Notes: generated by a model from the letters alone, not told the origin. Positions 29,550 to 39,791 are shown, numbered from the stretch's first letter. The stretch is DNA of 64,000 nt from Candidatus Bathyarchaeota archaeon (GCA_963707955.1 OY970176.1:1856001-1920000); one strand, 5' to 3'. Numbers and translations are program-made.

Positions 29550-30446
29550 TCATATCTGCGCAACATGCTTTTCAACCATATGATGCGGGTAATAGCTTTC
29601 TTTGGCTTTTCTAAGGCCTGGGAGGCCCAAGTCTTGCTCTCTATTTACAAATCTGAGGTTTCTGAGTTCTTTTTGGCAGAACCATTGGTTGACGACCTGA
29701 TACAGACCCTCTATTTCAGGGTTGGCTTTTTCAAAGTGGATGACAGCGGTATTATCATTTAGTAGTTCAGCCAACGTGAAGGCTTCAAGCTTATCGTCGA
29801 CGTAGACAGCTCCTCCGATAACACCAAGATACGCATAGTTGTCAAAAGCCGTCTTTATCGCCGTGTTTTCTGCCTCTAGGCCTGGAACCAAGTTGCAATT
29901 GCGAAGGCTGCACCATTGCGTTTGAAGCTGGAGGCACTCGTTGATTTCTGATGGTCCAATGCTTACGTACCTGCATACGTGTTTAGAAAGACAACGGGTG
30001 ATAAAGTTTCGTTTCGCGTGGTACTTATCGCCAGGGAGCTCAGCAAGGTCATTTGTCAAGTAAACATAGTCCCAATCATCACGATCAGGCTCAACCTTTG
30101 AGCCCTCAATGCTCAGCTGTTGTGATTCTTCAAGAGTCAGTCCATAAAGCGGCGGCAACTGAGAGTTTCCAAGGCTCATCGTCCTCAATGTCTTCACCAC
30201 GCTCGTCAACGGTTGTTTCCCCAACGGGGGTAAGAGAAAGGTCTTGCCGTCATGGAGCCTCCTCCGCTGTAGCAACACTGTTTCGTCAAGGCGCGAGAGT
30301 TGGCCTGGTTCAGAACCATTCCACACGAATAGATTCGTGAATGTGAGCTCGGATATTTGCGGCTGCATCTCCTTGAGAAGTGAGTCGAGTAATGGTTTGT
30401 CGCCTATGGTGAGGTTTCTGAAGTTCGGAAATTGTGGAAGTTGCGT
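29550..30446 (-). CDS. DUF2156 (phosphatidylglycerol lysyltransferase-like) protein; start position reads ACG
   Basis: SELTFTNLFVW, DYVY, KRN, IHFEKAN, NREQDLGLPGLRKAKESYYP; frame extends to ACG 30446 behind AGGTGA. Confidence 0.87.
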   Translation of the reverse strand, partial: TQLPQFPNFRNLTIGDKPLLDSLLKEMQPQISELTFTNLFVWNGSEPGQLSRLDETVLLQRRRLHDGKTFLLPPLGKQPLTSVVKTLRTMSLGNSQLPPLYGLTLEESQQLSIEGSKVEPDRDDWDYVYLTNDLAELPGDKYHAKRNFITRCLSKHVCRYVSIGPSEINECLQLQTQWCSLRNCNLVPGLEAENTAIKTAFDNYAYLGVIGGAVYVDDKLEAFTLAELLNDNTAVIHFEKANPEIEGLYQVVNQWFCQKELRNLRFVNREQDLGLPGLRKAKESYYPHHMVEKHVAQI

Positions 30447-30778
30447 TTAGCTCACCTACGAAAACACTCTTGAACGGTGCAGCAATTTTTCTTGCCTAGT
30501 CATTAGGCGAATCTTTCCTTAGCACTCACTCTTTAGATATATGTCATGTGCCAGTCTTTTTGCATCTATTCTAGCTCTGTCTATCAACCGAGCTTATGTC
30601 CACTCTTTCATTTTCTTTTCTTGTCATAAAATATATAAACAGTACTTTCGAGATAGGTCTCACTTGTATGAATTAGCATGAATTCAGGATCTGAAGGCGA
30701 CGGCTTAGGTTGGATTTCAGTCCTAGCAGTTAGGAATTGTGAGGGTCGCCTGAGGACGGCGTGGTCGGAGGAAAGAGA

Positions 30779-31249
30779 ATGGTGGAAAGAAAACTGAAAG
30801 TGGGCGATAATTCGAAGGACTTCAGTCTGCCAGATCAGGACGAACAAGAATTCACGCTTTCGAAGTTCAAGGGAAAGAGAGTGCTGCTTTCGTTTCATCC
30901 GGCGGCATGGACCTCTGTCTGCGCTGAGCAGATGAAGTCTCTAGAGCATAACAAGAAAATCTTTGATTCTCTCAACACAATAGCTGTTGGAGTAAGCGTG
31001 GACACCGTGCCCTCTAAAAAGGCTTGGGCAAAAAGCCTTCGCATCAAACACACGAGGCTTCTCTCAGACTTCTGGCCACACGGCAAGGTCGCAGAACTCT
31101 ACGGAATATTCAGGACCAAAGAAGGATTCTCTGAGCGCGCAAACATAATCATCGACGAAAGCCAGAAGATAGTCTTCTTCAAAATCTACAAGCTAGGACA
31201 GCTTCCTGACATCCGAGAGATAATAGACTTCTTAAAGAAGATGCCTTAG
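30779..31249 (+). CDS. peroxiredoxin (AhpE-like)
   Basis: FHPAAWTSVC (PxxxTxxC), GVSVD, LLSDFWPHG, ERA. Confidence 0.9.
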   Translation: MVERKLKVGDNSKDFSLPDQDEQEFTLSKFKGKRVLLSFHPAAWTSVCAEQMKSLEHNKKIFDSLNTIAVGVSVDTVPSKKAWAKSLRIKHTRLLSDFWPHGKVAELYGIFRTKEGFSERANIIIDESQKIVFFKIYKLGQLPDIREIIDFLKKMP

Positions 31250-31318
31250 AACTGCCTGCGCCACAAGGTCCCTTCATCGATGGAGAATGGACTGCGCCGT
31301 GGATGGAGAGCGCAAGTT

Positions 31319-32092
31319 CTAGGAGATGTACGTGACTTTTTTGTCCTCTTCTTTCCGTGTTTCCTCGGCCTGCAAAACTCTTTTTTCCTCGATCTTCTGC
31401 AGGCGTGTGACCATCTTGTCGCCCTTTGCTATCTCTTCATCTAGGCCTGCGAGGTTGGCGTCAAAACCGAGCATAGATTGCAGTGTCTCTAGGACGCTTT
31501 TGGCAGACCTCGGGTCGGGCAAGTATCCCCTGGTCTCGCCTAGAAGGCATAGAGCGTCTATTCCCTTGAAATGAGAAAGTCCTAGAATCAGGCCGGCCGT
31601 GCCGACGATGGGGCTTCCAGTCGGACTCACTTCTGCTCCGGCCTTCAGGGCTTTGTTCAGGAGTTCTTGCTCCGTGGCTGCTGCGACGACTTTCGGTTTG
31701 TCCTTGGCCTCCATTCGGTATCCGCCTATCGTTATTATCAATTTTACATCATGCTGCTTGGCGAAGTTCAGTATGCGGTCGGAAATCTCGTACTGTCCCT
31801 CAATCGTTTGGGCTTGGCTGTCGCCTGTGAAAAGGATGAGGTCGTTCTTTCCGTTCTTGTTCTTCCAGAAGTAGAATGTTCCTCGTAGAAGCCTGACGTT
31901 TCCTTTCTTGCTGACGATCACGAAATATGGAAAGTGTGGGGAGTAGAGGTAGGCGAACTTTTCGGCCTTCAACTGCTTGACTAGGTGGCGTATGGCGATT
32001 TTTCCAACGAGTCCCAGGCCTGGGAGTCCTTCGATCAGGATCGGATTCTTCAACTCGGCTTTTGCGAGTTCCTTAATGAACGTCTCTTTCAC
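31319..32092 (-). CDS. PAC2-family proteasome assembly chaperone
   Basis: LIEGLPGLGLVGKIA, CLLGETRGYLPDP; conserved position after nop10. Confidence 0.9.
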   Translation of the reverse strand: MKETFIKELAKAELKNPILIEGLPGLGLVGKIAIRHLVKQLKAEKFAYLYSPHFPYFVIVSKKGNVRLLRGTFYFWKNKNGKNDLILFTGDSQAQTIEGQYEISDRILNFAKQHDVKLIITIGGYRMEAKDKPKVVAAATEQELLNKALKAGAEVSPTGSPIVGTAGLILGLSHFKGIDALCLLGETRGYLPDPRSAKSVLETLQSMLGFDANLAGLDEEIAKGDKMVTRLQKIEEKRVLQAEETRKEEDKKVTYIS

Positions 32093-32259
32093 TTTGTTGA
32101 ACTCTCCTGTTTGAGGGCCATCCTGTACCTCAGATACTTGTCATCAGGTGAGAACTTTGGTGGGTGTGGCACTCGAACTTTGCCTCCGCAGTATGGGCAC
32201 TTGTCATTCCTCAGTGTGTAGCTTTGGCAGTTCTCGCATTTTCGCAGAAGCCAGACCAT
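32089..32259 (-). CDS. nop10: H/ACA RNP protein Nop10 (below the ORF-track cutoff)
   Basis: Own translation: MVWLLRKCENCQSYTLRNDKCPYCGGKVRVPHPPKFSPDDKYLRYR. Confidence 0.93.
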   Translation of the reverse strand: MVWLLRKCENCQSYTLRNDKCPYCGGKVRVPHPPKFSPDDKYLRYRMALKQESSTK

Positions 32260-33047
32260 CACTTATCCCTTCTAAACGTGCCCTGACCTCCGGCTTTGGA
32301 GACGTTCGAGACAACATTCTGCGCAACTTTCTGGAAGACGTCTTCAGCTTGCTTGTAATCTTCAGCCAACACCTCGATGCTGTATTTCGGTGCAGCGGTG
32401 ACGTAGAAGCGAAGCTTTGCGTTGCCAAGTTTCTCACCTTTCTTGGCGTTTGCGAAGGCTTCTTTTATTATTTTCACACCGTTCGGCTTCACGCAGCGCA
32501 GCTCAATCGTGCCCTTGACTTTGACCATGGGAATGTGTATTCTTTCTTGGACGACTTCAATGATCACCTTGGCAACGTCTTCGGGCACGCCTACTTTTGT
32601 CAGGATATCTGGGCCCTCTTTCACGGCTCTTTCGAAGCCTTCGTACAAGCCGTATTCGTCCTCCAGGGGTTTTCCTGCTTTTTCATAAATCTCCTCAAGC
32701 GGCATGCTCATTTTCTCAGCGATGTTTCGAAGCAGGGCTTCTGCCTTTCTCTCTTTTTTCCAGAACATTATCTTCTCGATTCTTTCTCTTTTGGTTACGC
32801 GTCTCAAGGACAAATCTATGTGTCCCTTTTCTGTGTCGACACGCAAAACTTTCAGCACGATCTTCTGTCCTTCACGGACGAAGTCTCGAATGTTTCGAAT
32901 CCAAGAAGAAGATATTTCAGAAACGTGCAGCAACCCCTTCTTGCCGTACTCGTCCAGCTTCACGTAGGCGCCGTAGTCGGTGACAGTTTCCACCGTGCCT
33001 ATGACTAGGTCACCGGGTTCAGGCCATTCCTGCTTCTTAAGCGCCAT
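32259..33047 (-). CDS. eif2a: translation initiation factor aIF2 alpha
   Basis: S1 domain YGAYVKLDEY, HVSEISSSW, IDLSLRRV. Confidence 0.96.
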   Translation of the reverse strand: MALKKQEWPEPGDLVIGTVETVTDYGAYVKLDEYGKKGLLHVSEISSSWIRNIRDFVREGQKIVLKVLRVDTEKGHIDLSLRRVTKRERIEKIMFWKKERKAEALLRNIAEKMSMPLEEIYEKAGKPLEDEYGLYEGFERAVKEGPDILTKVGVPEDVAKVIIEVVQERIHIPMVKVKGTIELRCVKPNGVKIIKEAFANAKKGEKLGNAKLRFYVTAAPKYSIEVLAEDYKQAEDVFQKVAQNVVSNVSKAGGQGTFRRDK

Positions 33048-33062
33048 TAGAACTCTTCATCC

Positions 33063-33260
33063 CTATTCAAAAACCGCGACTACTTCACCCTTGATTTTTG
33101 CCTTTCCACCAGAAGGCTCCGCAAGTTCGGTTCCACAAACGTTGCAGCTGACCTTGTTCACTGCATTACTGAACACCATCTGCTCGTTGCCGCATTTCAG
33201 GCATTTCACTCGGATGAAGCTGCTTCTCGGCCTCGGAATGAGTTTTTCCCACTCTGACAA
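33063..33260 (-). CDS. rps27e: 30S ribosomal protein S27e
   Basis: PRSSFIRVKC..CGNEQ..F, C..CG..LAEPSGGKA. Confidence 0.96.
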   Translation of the reverse strand: MSEWEKLIPRPRSSFIRVKCLKCGNEQMVFSNAVNKVSCNVCGTELAEPSGGKAKIKGEVVAVFE

Positions 33261-33275
33261 GATTTTCCCTCCTCA

Positions 33276-33554
33276 TCACGCGATGACTAATTTTCTTAAA
33301 CGTATGCCATCCTTGTGTCTGATGAAGCCGCAGACCTTGCACTTCAACTTCAAAGTCTGCTTCTTCGTTGTCTTAGCAAACTCTCTTTGAAGCGGATACT
33401 TTTGTCCGCCGTACCCCCTCTTTTCTCGCAGAGCATGGCGGCGTTCACCCTTCGCTAAGGGTCTGCGCTTGCCAGCCTTGTACAGAGTAACAGAGTGAGT
33501 CTGATGCTGCTTACACCTCGGACAGTATGTTCTTACTTCTTTGGGAACGTTCAC
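33276..33554 (-). CDS. rpl44e: 50S ribosomal protein L44e
   Basis: TYCPRCK.H, GYGGQ, KTTKK, CKVCG. Confidence 0.96.
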   Translation of the reverse strand: MNVPKEVRTYCPRCKQHQTHSVTLYKAGKRRPLAKGERRHALREKRGYGGQKYPLQREFAKTTKKQTLKLKCKVCGFIRHKDGIRLRKLVIA

Positions 33555-33748
33555 TATGTCACAACCGACTTTGCATAAAGGAAGCCGTACACGTTCTTAT
33601 ACTTTTTCGCGATCCCGAGTGCGTTATGTTTCATCCGAATGGTCAACGTAGCGCGCACGACAAATACCACCAAACAAATATTTGTCACACCTTGCATATT
33701 TACTCGTTGAAAATAAGTGAGTCAAAATGGGCACGATAGAGGGTCAGA

Positions 33749-34903
33749 ATGACTGAGATCCGACGGCCAACTCGGAGATACGCCGATATCCTAATGAAAT
33801 GCTTGCCCATTCTGGCGTTTGTCATCCCGCTCAGCATATTGTACTACTTAGATCCTGGTTCGTTCGACATGACATGGGAGGGAAGAACGTACTATTTATT
33901 CTTCGTGTGGCTCATGATTCTGGAAACGATTCTGAACTGGGAGAAGCTGCGGCCAAAAAGGTGGAGGTTAAGATCTGCATGGACCATTTTCTTCATCATA
34001 TCGCTCTCTATTCCAACAATCTACGTTATAGGATCCAACTATTACGGGTGGAACGGGGCCCTCTTGGGTTTTGCTGAAAGGAACATAAACTCTGATCTCA
34101 ATATTTCGCAATACATGCCGCTGTCGATTGAATACTTGGTTTTCACAGTGCTCTTTGTTGCGATCGCTTATGCAGCGTACGGAGTTGCCAGCCTTAGGAA
34201 CTATTCAATCACAGCCGTGTTTCTTGGATTAATTGGGTCAGTCTACACTATCAACAATTTGTATCCGTATGGGCTTTTCACTCCTTTCCAAATTCTTGTT
34301 CCAACAACGACAATTCTTGCAGCAGGGATTCTGAATATTATGGGGTACACCACGGCCATTGCTAACGGCACAAATCCTAAGCAAGGCTTGATGCCAGTCT
34401 TGACGGCTACGTCTTCAACTGGACAATCTGCTCAGTACGCTATAGCTTGGGCATGCTCAGGTATCGACAGTCTTCTGATCTATTCGGTCACAATCCTTCT
34501 GTTCTTAAAGAGCAGTGCTGTTCCTTGGAAACAAGGGATAGTCTACTTCATTTTCGGGGCTGTCGTCACGTACCTCATCAACGCGTTGAGGATCGCAACC
34601 ATCTTCATGATCGGAGCAGGTGGGGGCGACATCAATCCTTTTCATAATTATTACGGTCCGCTCTATTCTATATCTTGGATAATTTCCTATCCTCTGATAA
34701 TAATCGCGACTCGGGTTCTGTGGACCAGAATTGTGCCGGGAAGAGCTACTCTGAATCAAGGCCCAGGGATCTCACAGCCTGGGAGTGTGGTAAGGTCTAA
34801 GGCTATGGTCAAAACTACCCGGTTTCTACGTTTTCGGCTAAGCCTTGCTTCTTTAAGATCTTGGTGTTCTCGACTGGTAGGGAAGCCACGTCCTCGGTCT
34901 TGA
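33749..34903 (+). CDS. archaeosortase/exosortase-family protein
   Basis: Multi-TM; Cys in AWACSGI, Arg in INALRI, His in PFHNY. Confidence 0.82.
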   Translation: MTEIRRPTRRYADILMKCLPILAFVIPLSILYYLDPGSFDMTWEGRTYYLFFVWLMILETILNWEKLRPKRWRLRSAWTIFFIISLSIPTIYVIGSNYYGWNGALLGFAERNINSDLNISQYMPLSIEYLVFTVLFVAIAYAAYGVASLRNYSITAVFLGLIGSVYTINNLYPYGLFTPFQILVPTTTILAAGILNIMGYTTAIANGTNPKQGLMPVLTATSSTGQSAQYAIAWACSGIDSLLIYSVTILLFLKSSAVPWKQGIVYFIFGAVVTYLINALRIATIFMIGAGGGDINPFHNYYGPLYSISWIISYPLIIIATRVLWTRIVPGRATLNQGPGISQPGSVVRSKAMVKTTRFLRFRLSLASLRSWCSRLVGKPRPRS

Positions 34904-35363
34904 ACGGGCCGTAAGTCTTCATGTCGGCGCCGATTATTGCTGGAACGTCCTTCAAGAAGCGCATAGTAACCCTTCTGTGCTCCCCTTCGATCTTGATCTT
35001 GGGAGTGTGTCCTCTGACGATTTCTTTCGCAAAGCCTTGGACAGCTTCTGCAAGGGGTGAGAGTCTTGAATAGACCGTTTTCTCCTCAGGCGTGAGGAAG
35101 TCAGGAGCGATTTCTTCGCCTTTGGCCACTTTGCTAACTATTTTTCTGTAGCGTGTTTGAATCAGTTCATGAACCATTCGTTTTGCATTTTGCATCTCTT
35201 CCTCGAGCAGGTTTGTCTTCAAGGTTCTCTTGTCCAGCATTCGACTCTCTTCTCTTAGACTTTTCATGTACTCAGCAGCTCTAGAGAAAAACTCTTGGGG
35301 AAGCTTCTCCAACTCGATGTTCTCAAACTCAAGCTTCCAAGCCTTGTAAAGCTCGTCATACAT
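34815..35363 (-). CDS. GINS complex subunit (Gins51)
   Basis: R.RKI helix, C-terminal IIGADMKTYGPF..EDVASLP; follows priS. Confidence 0.88.
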   Translation of the reverse strand: MYDELYKAWKLEFENIELEKLPQEFFSRAAEYMKSLREESRMLDKRTLKTNLLEEEMQNAKRMVHELIQTRYRKIVSKVAKGEEIAPDFLTPEEKTVYSRLSPLAEAVQGFAKEIVRGHTPKIKIEGEHRRVTMRFLKDVPAIIGADMKTYGPFKTEDVASLPVENTKILKKQGLAENVETG

Positions 35364-36600
35364 CCTGCACCACTACCTCCGCTCTTTTCTTGCAAGCCAG
35401 CAGTAAGGCAGCTGCGCTCGGCAACTCAACCCTCTCATTCCTGTACGGGCCAAATTCTTCATCGCCTAATCGAAACTCTGGGGCCTTCGAAACGAGAACA
35501 GTAGCATCGCCTCCTCTAAAGGCTAATGCGCTCTTGAAGGGATCGAAATCGTCCAGGGCTGCGATGGGAAACTCGACTTTCTTCAGGCCAGTTTTGCCAT
35601 GCAACGTTCCCGGCAGTCTAATCAGACGATGAATGTCCGTGGTGACAACCGTGTCTACTCTTGCAGATTGGGATTTTCTAGAGTACTCAACAAGTTTTCT
35701 ATATGTCTGAGGGCCCACTCCGCTGGGAATTCCCACCGGTCTGGGTTCATCCAGGTTTTTCAAGATTGCATCCTTGTTCTTCATTATGGTTTCGGCTATG
35801 TTCTTGGTCAACCCCATTTTCTTATAATCTTCCGTCTTGGCGCTGATTACGATCTTGTATATTCCTCGGGCAATTCGTCCACGCCAACCAACATCTTTCA
35901 ACCACAAAGTTCCCTGACTCTTGTCATCTAATCCGTGCAAAGCGGCGTCAAAGCCTAGACTGCTGACATAATCGACAATTTCTTTGCGGGCCATCGCATC
36001 AAGACTCCTAACGGCTTCGCTTTCGATGTGAACGTGATACCCACGATGGCCTGAGAAGAACAAGTGGACCTCTTTTTCCGAAAAGCCGAAGTCTCTCAAA
36101 AGAACGTCCAAAAGTCTAGTCGTTTCCAGCTTTGCAGAAGCCAGGCATAATTCACACGGCCAAGTGGTGTTCTCAAACTTTTCTCCCCCGCATGACGGAC
36201 ATTTTTCCGGCAGTTCCCCTCTTCCTTTAAGCCCGCACTTGCTACAGGCCCACTCGTCATGAACCTTGTCACACGATGTGGGAATGTGGTCAGCGTCAAT
36301 GTCAAAAATCAGGTCGGCGCCGATCCAACCCTTCGCGCTCATTTCTGAAGCGTCGGGCTGCTCGTAATAAGCACTTGAATAATATACGTCTGACGGAATC
36401 GTGGAACACAGAAAGCTTTGGATTTCACTCGCAGTCTTGAAACTCCTGTGTCTGACCATGATCCTTTCTTTCGTCAAAAACACAGCGAACTCGCGCTGTT
36501 CAAACTTGTTTGCAATATGAATTTCGTCAAAGCATCCAGTATAGTACTGGAGGAAAAGTCTCTGAACAAAATCGCGTGTGAGATCAGACATTTCTCTCAT
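35356..36600 (-). CDS. priS: DNA primase small (catalytic) subunit
   Basis: QREF, DLIFDIDAD, FSGHRGYH, VTTDIHRLIRLPGTLH. Confidence 0.95.
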   Translation of the reverse strand: MREMSDLTRDFVQRLFLQYYTGCFDEIHIANKFEQREFAVFLTKERIMVRHRSFKTASEIQSFLCSTIPSDVYYSSAYYEQPDASEMSAKGWIGADLIFDIDADHIPTSCDKVHDEWACSKCGLKGRGELPEKCPSCGGEKFENTTWPCELCLASAKLETTRLLDVLLRDFGFSEKEVHLFFSGHRGYHVHIESEAVRSLDAMARKEIVDYVSSLGFDAALHGLDDKSQGTLWLKDVGWRGRIARGIYKIVISAKTEDYKKMGLTKNIAETIMKNKDAILKNLDEPRPVGIPSGVGPQTYRKLVEYSRKSQSARVDTVVTTDIHRLIRLPGTLHGKTGLKKVEFPIAALDDFDPFKSALAFRGGDATVLVSKAPEFRLGDEEFGPYRNERVELPSAAALLLACKKRAEVVVQDV

Positions 36601-36727
36601 AACAGCATTTTTGTATCGGGTATTTTAGTCTCTCTATCTCGCATAATGGCAAGAACTAAGGGACAGAGTTGTCAAAACGGTTTGGATAGAGTTCAAAAAC
36701 GTTAGATTTCGCGGATTTTCCGAACAT

Positions 36728-37372
36728 TTAGTTGGTTGCCTTCTTGACAACCATGCAGACATGGGCTTTGCCAGACATACTTGAAACGATTTTGGTGATC
36801 TCCACGAGGTTTTTCACCGAGATGATTCGGTTGATCTCTCTCGGTCTGAAGCCGTAGGAGAATATGCGCATATCAAAATCTTTAAGGATTTGTTGCCAAT
36901 CCTCGATTCGCATTAAGCGTTCATCGCCCCTGTCTCTCACTGCATAGAGAGCGCTCGGCACAGAGGCCACCATGACTTTTGCGATGCGAAGCTGCTTTTC
37001 TGCGAGCAAGCGTATTTCTTCATCACTGAAGTGTTCCAGAAAACCTTGCGAGAAACACACATCAAATGTCCCTGGCGCAAAATCAAGTTTAAAGGCATCG
37101 CGTATTGAGAATCGTGCGTGCCCATGAAACTTAGAGTTGTTTTTTCTAGCCTTTTCGACAAGTTTAATGTTATTATCTATGCCAAGGACATTAGGGATAA
37201 AACAAGAGAGGAATATAGAATGAACTCCTCTCCCACAACCAATCTCTATCGCACTGTGCTTAGCCTTCAAGCATATTTGCCATATATATGGCCAGTGATA
37301 AATCAAGCTAGCGGCAAAAGCCTGAAGGGTTGTTTCCTGTGAATAATGAGAATCCCAACTGCGCAGTTGCAT
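36728..37372 (-). CDS. class I SAM-dependent methyltransferase
   Basis: IEIGCGRG, FDVCFSQGFLEH. Confidence 0.85.
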   Translation of the reverse strand: MQLRSWDSHYSQETTLQAFAASLIYHWPYIWQICLKAKHSAIEIGCGRGVHSIFLSCFIPNVLGIDNNIKLVEKARKNNSKFHGHARFSIRDAFKLDFAPGTFDVCFSQGFLEHFSDEEIRLLAEKQLRIAKVMVASVPSALYAVRDRGDERLMRIEDWQQILKDFDMRIFSYGFRPREINRIISVKNLVEITKIVSSMSGKAHVCMVVKKATN

Positions 37373-37466
37373 TGAATCTCACTGAGCTTTATGAATGAAT
37401 GCAATTGTGATTTATTTAAGAATTGCAATTTGTTTATAAATTGACAACGCAGGCTAAAGAGTTTTT

Positions 37467-38546
37467 TCAGTTTAAAGTGTCCTCCCACACCTTGGCGGTC
37501 TTCTTCACGTCAAAGGCAAGGGCCCTTTTTCTGCACTCGTTTCTCACATCGCCACCGTAGCCCTTCTTCCAGAGAAGCACAGCAAGGTTTACCATTTCTC
37601 GGTCGTTGTTTGAAAACCAACCAGTTTTTCCGTTTGCCACAGTCTCAGAAGGTCCTTGCTTCCTATACGTTAGGACGGGAGTTCCGCATGCCATGCTTTC
37701 CACGGGTATGTAGCCAAAAGGCTCATGCTCGAAGGCGAAGAGGGTATAGAGCGCGTTCGAGTAGAGGTTTGCCAGTTCTGCGTCGGCGACTTTGCCAAGA
37801 AAGCTAATCATGTGGTGTTTTTTCAAGGGTTGTGGCATCTGCGACGTGTCGCCAAAGACTCTGATTGGCACTCCAGAATCGGCGATTGCCTTAACAGTCG
37901 ACAATTTCCCCTCTTTTCCATATGTGCCAAAGTGCGTCAAGACGTAGTCTGCAGTCGGGTTCGCAGTCTTCGGCTCGAATAGAGAGCAATCTAACGGTGG
38001 GTTTATGATGGCGTCAACAGTGATCCCCCACTTTTCGTACATTGAACCGCAAAACACCGAATTGGCAACGAAAAGCTTTGATAGATCGCGAAATCTTCTG
38101 ACTAGACGTCCCTCAAGAATCCGAAGGGTCGATCTCAGTATCTTGTAGGAATATTTGTAATGCATTGGCATTTGAGGAAATAGGTCATCAAGAGCTCTTG
38201 TCATCGGGCCTTGAGCGTAGTATGCTTGAGCTTGACTTATGATACATGACGAAGTGTTGACTGCAAGGTCTGAATGGTTAATTTCTGCCACAGGTTTCTG
38301 CGTTACTACACACCGTCCCCAGGCGTCAAGTGTGGGGAGCGAGGGAATGAATGCGAAATGCGGACCAACATCCTTTAGCAGGAAATCTTCGTTGAGCAAT
38401 TCTTTCTGTACTGCTTGATCAAAGCGTGGTGCAATGATCGTAACCTCGTGTCCTTTTCGGCGGAATTCTCTTGCCAGCAGTATGGCTGGTCTTACGGCTC
38501 CTATAGTTGTCACGAGCGGGTCCGTGATAAAACACACACTATGCAT
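37467..38546 (-). CDS. GT4 glycosyltransferase
   Basis: EPFGYIPVESMACGTPV. Confidence 0.9.
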   Translation of the reverse strand: MHSVCFITDPLVTTIGAVRPAILLAREFRRKGHEVTIIAPRFDQAVQKELLNEDFLLKDVGPHFAFIPSLPTLDAWGRCVVTQKPVAEINHSDLAVNTSSCIISQAQAYYAQGPMTRALDDLFPQMPMHYKYSYKILRSTLRILEGRLVRRFRDLSKLFVANSVFCGSMYEKWGITVDAIINPPLDCSLFEPKTANPTADYVLTHFGTYGKEGKLSTVKAIADSGVPIRVFGDTSQMPQPLKKHHMISFLGKVADAELANLYSNALYTLFAFEHEPFGYIPVESMACGTPVLTYRKQGPSETVANGKTGWFSNNDREMVNLAVLLWKKGYGGDVRNECRKRALAFDVKKTAKVWEDTLN

Positions 38547-38606
38547 GGTTTTTCTCAGTGCCCTCAAACGAGCGGTTATTGCTGGTTTGTCTCATCACTT
38601 TTTCTA

Positions 38607-39791
38607 CTAAGAGAGAGCTCTTAATTCTTCTGTCTGAGTGAGCGCTTTCAGCGCTACATTGTTGTTGTGGTCTTTGCATCTTGGAAAAACAGTCTGATCC
38701 TCGCATAGCTTCCCTAGTATTTCTAACCATTGTTCAATGTAGGTTCTCCTGTCGAATTTCAAAGCTGCTTTCACGCAGTTTGTTCTTGTCTGCGAAGGAT
38801 ACTTCTCTTTCCACAACTCTATGCTCTTTTGTACAAGTTCCCGGTCTGTGCGAACAAGCCAACCTGTGTGGGCGTTGACCACGTATTCGCTCGGGCCTTG
38901 GAAGTCATATGTGAGCACCGGAGTTCCGCATGCCATGCTCTCAAGTGGAACGTATCCGAAGGGCTCGTGAGTAAATGGGAACATGGTGAAAAGGGCGTTC
39001 GAGTAAAGGTCCACTAGCTCCTTTGTGGACACTCTTCCCAAGAACTCGACGTTAGGATGTTTCAACAGGCCTTTCGGAATGAACGGTGTCTTGGAACCGA
39101 ACGCCTTGATTTTGAGACCCAAATCTGCTACGCTCTTTAAAATGGAAAACTTCGTCTCCTTTCCAAGATAGGTCAAGACATAGTCGGAAAACGGTGTTGA
39201 AGTTGAAGGTCGGAAAGTCTGGCAGTCAATGGGTGGGTAGATTATACAGTCCGTTTTGACTCCAAAGCTGGAATACATTGAAGCGCAAAACTTCGAGTTT
39301 GCAATGACTAATGTTGAGCGTCTATCCATTCGAGAGACAAGTTTCACATCCGCATAATTAATAACCGGTCTGAGGAGATCATACATCATTCGAAGGCTAG
39401 TTGAAAGCTCTTTTTCCATGTCCTTCAGGGCCAAGGAAGGAGGCCCCTGCAAGTACCAGACTAAGGAAGGCGCGGCGATCACCTGCGAGAAATTGATCAC
39501 TGTGGAAGACTCGTTAATGGCATGCCTCGAATTCAGTCGAAGGAAAGCTTCACGAGCCCACGTCTCAAGCCAAAGCATGGAAAGACCTGAACTCTTCGCA
39601 GCAAGGCTGGCATGCAAGTTAACAGGAGTTATTCCAATGGCGCTTAGATGATCTTCGACCTCCTTTGACATCATTGGCGACATCATAGACACATTATGCC
39701 CTCTTGCGTTCAGCTCTCTAGCAAGATACGTAGCTGGGCGAATAGATCCCTCTAAATCCATCATGATGTCGCAGACAAGCGTGAAATCCAT
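38607..39791 (-). CDS. GT4 glycosyltransferase (paralog of neighbour)
   Basis: EPFGYVPLESMACGTPV. Confidence 0.9.
   Translation of the reverse strand: MDFTLVCDIMMDLEGSIRPATYLARELNARGHNVSMMSPMMSKEVEDHLSAIGITPVNLHASLAAKSSGLSMLWLETWAREAFLRLNSRHAINESSTVINFSQVIAAPSLVWYLQGPPSLALKDMEKELSTSLRMMYDLLRPVINYADVKLVSRMDRRSTLVIANSKFCASMYSSFGVKTDCIIYPPIDCQTFRPSTSTPFSDYVLTYLGKETKFSILKSVADLGLKIKAFGSKTPFIPKGLLKHPNVEFLGRVSTKELVDLYSNALFTMFPFTHEPFGYVPLESMACGTPVLTYDFQGPSEYVVNAHTGWLVRTDRELVQKSIELWKEKYPSQTRTNCVKAALKFDRRTYIEQWLEILGKLCEDQTVFPRCKDHNNNVALKALTQTEELRALS

Noticed and set aside
32148-33008. Long antisense ORFs (e.g. 32148-33008, 61624-62304, 40772-41452)
   Set aside because: Shadows or alternate frames of well-supported genes, with no recognisable motifs.
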